64,000 nt of DNA from Anaerolineales bacterium (GTDB lineage Bacteria; Chloroflexota; Anaerolineae; Anaerolineales; E44-bin32): contig DATIFK010000002.1 in assembly GCA_035455265.1 (NCBI GenBank), positions 3,436-67,435 on the forward strand, read 5' to 3'. A program made the position numbers and the translations under genes. Below are positions 63,703 to 64,000 of this stretch, piece after piece; position 1 is the first letter of the stretch, and each line of letters begins with the position of its first letter. The notes below the pieces were generated by a model. The model was not told where the DNA came from and made no database searches. It was given only the letters and a program-made list of their open reading frames with translations.

Positions 63703-64000
63703 ATGAGTCGGACGTTGCAGTGGGTTCTCGGTGTATCGGCCGTGGTCGTGGCACTGGCGGTCGCCTTCGCCCTCATCGCCCCGTGGGTTATTCCTTCGTG
63801 GGTCGGTAGGGGCTACAGCGGTTACGGGATGATGGGTAGCAATGGTGGCTACGGGATGATGGGTGGCAATGGTGGCTACGGCATGATGGGTGGCAACGGC
63901 GGCTACGGGATGATGGGTGGCAATGGTGGCTCCGGGATGATGGGGGGTAACGGCGGCTACGGGATGATGGGCGGTGGCCGCGGCGGCTTCTCCACCACCG
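63703..64000 (+). CDS. Secreted/anchored Gly-Met-rich repeat protein (3' end outside window)
   Basis: The ATG is preceded by GGAGGT. An N-terminal TM/signal helix (VLGVSAVVVALAVAFALIAPWVI) is followed by (GYGMMGGNG)n. Confidence 0.7.
   Translation, partial: MSRTLQWVLGVSAVVVALAVAFALIAPWVIPSWVGRGYSGYGMMGSNGGYGMMGGNGGYGMMGGNGGYGMMGGNGGSGMMGGNGGYGMMGGGRGGFSTT
63820..63981 (+). repeat. 27-bp in-frame tandem repeat, about 6 copies
   Basis: The unit GGCTACGGGATGATGGGTGGCAATGGT encodes GYGMMGGNG. Copies differ mainly at synonymous positions. Confidence 0.9.

Overview
This is a GC-rich, densely coding chromosomal segment with about 60 protein genes. I could not see any rRNA, tRNA, CRISPR array, transposase or integrase. 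Gene content and the style of the sensor-kinase N-termini suggest a Chloroflexota-like bacterium, but that is inference only. Recognisable housekeeping genes are serS (with a T-box leader), a single-chain pyruvate:ferredoxin oxidoreductase, bfr, sbcCD, glgC, ilvE, dnaK and an Opp/Dpp-type peptide importer. Five parts look more interesting. (1) At 7.6-17.2 kb there is a co-directional cluster: MarR, a serine-palmitoyltransferase-like oxoamine synthase, an extended-SDR reductase, four tandem paralogous 7-TM proteins of a family I cannot place, and an ABC exporter. This is my best candidate for an undescribed system, possibly synthesis and export of a sphingoid or amino lipid. (2) At 34.9-40.7 kb there is a nirK island. 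It holds a membrane sensor translationally coupled to a Crp/Fnr regulator, a TTGCG-N4-CGCAA box positioned as a class II site, DUF1858, a cupredoxin-fused lipoprotein NirK, tatA, a cupin, and two twin 134-aa 4-TM proteins of unknown function. (3) At 60.3-64.0 kb there is a probable copper/metal-stress locus that includes a 58-aa YHS gene absent from the ORF track. (4) Two families of intergenic repeats occur: heptanucleotide tandem-repeat hairpins and GTAGGGGC...GCCCCTAC palindromes. (5) Extended -10 elements sit 6-10 nt from several start codons, implying leaderless mRNAs. All functional calls rest on motif recognition by eye. No database search, folding or alignment program was run.
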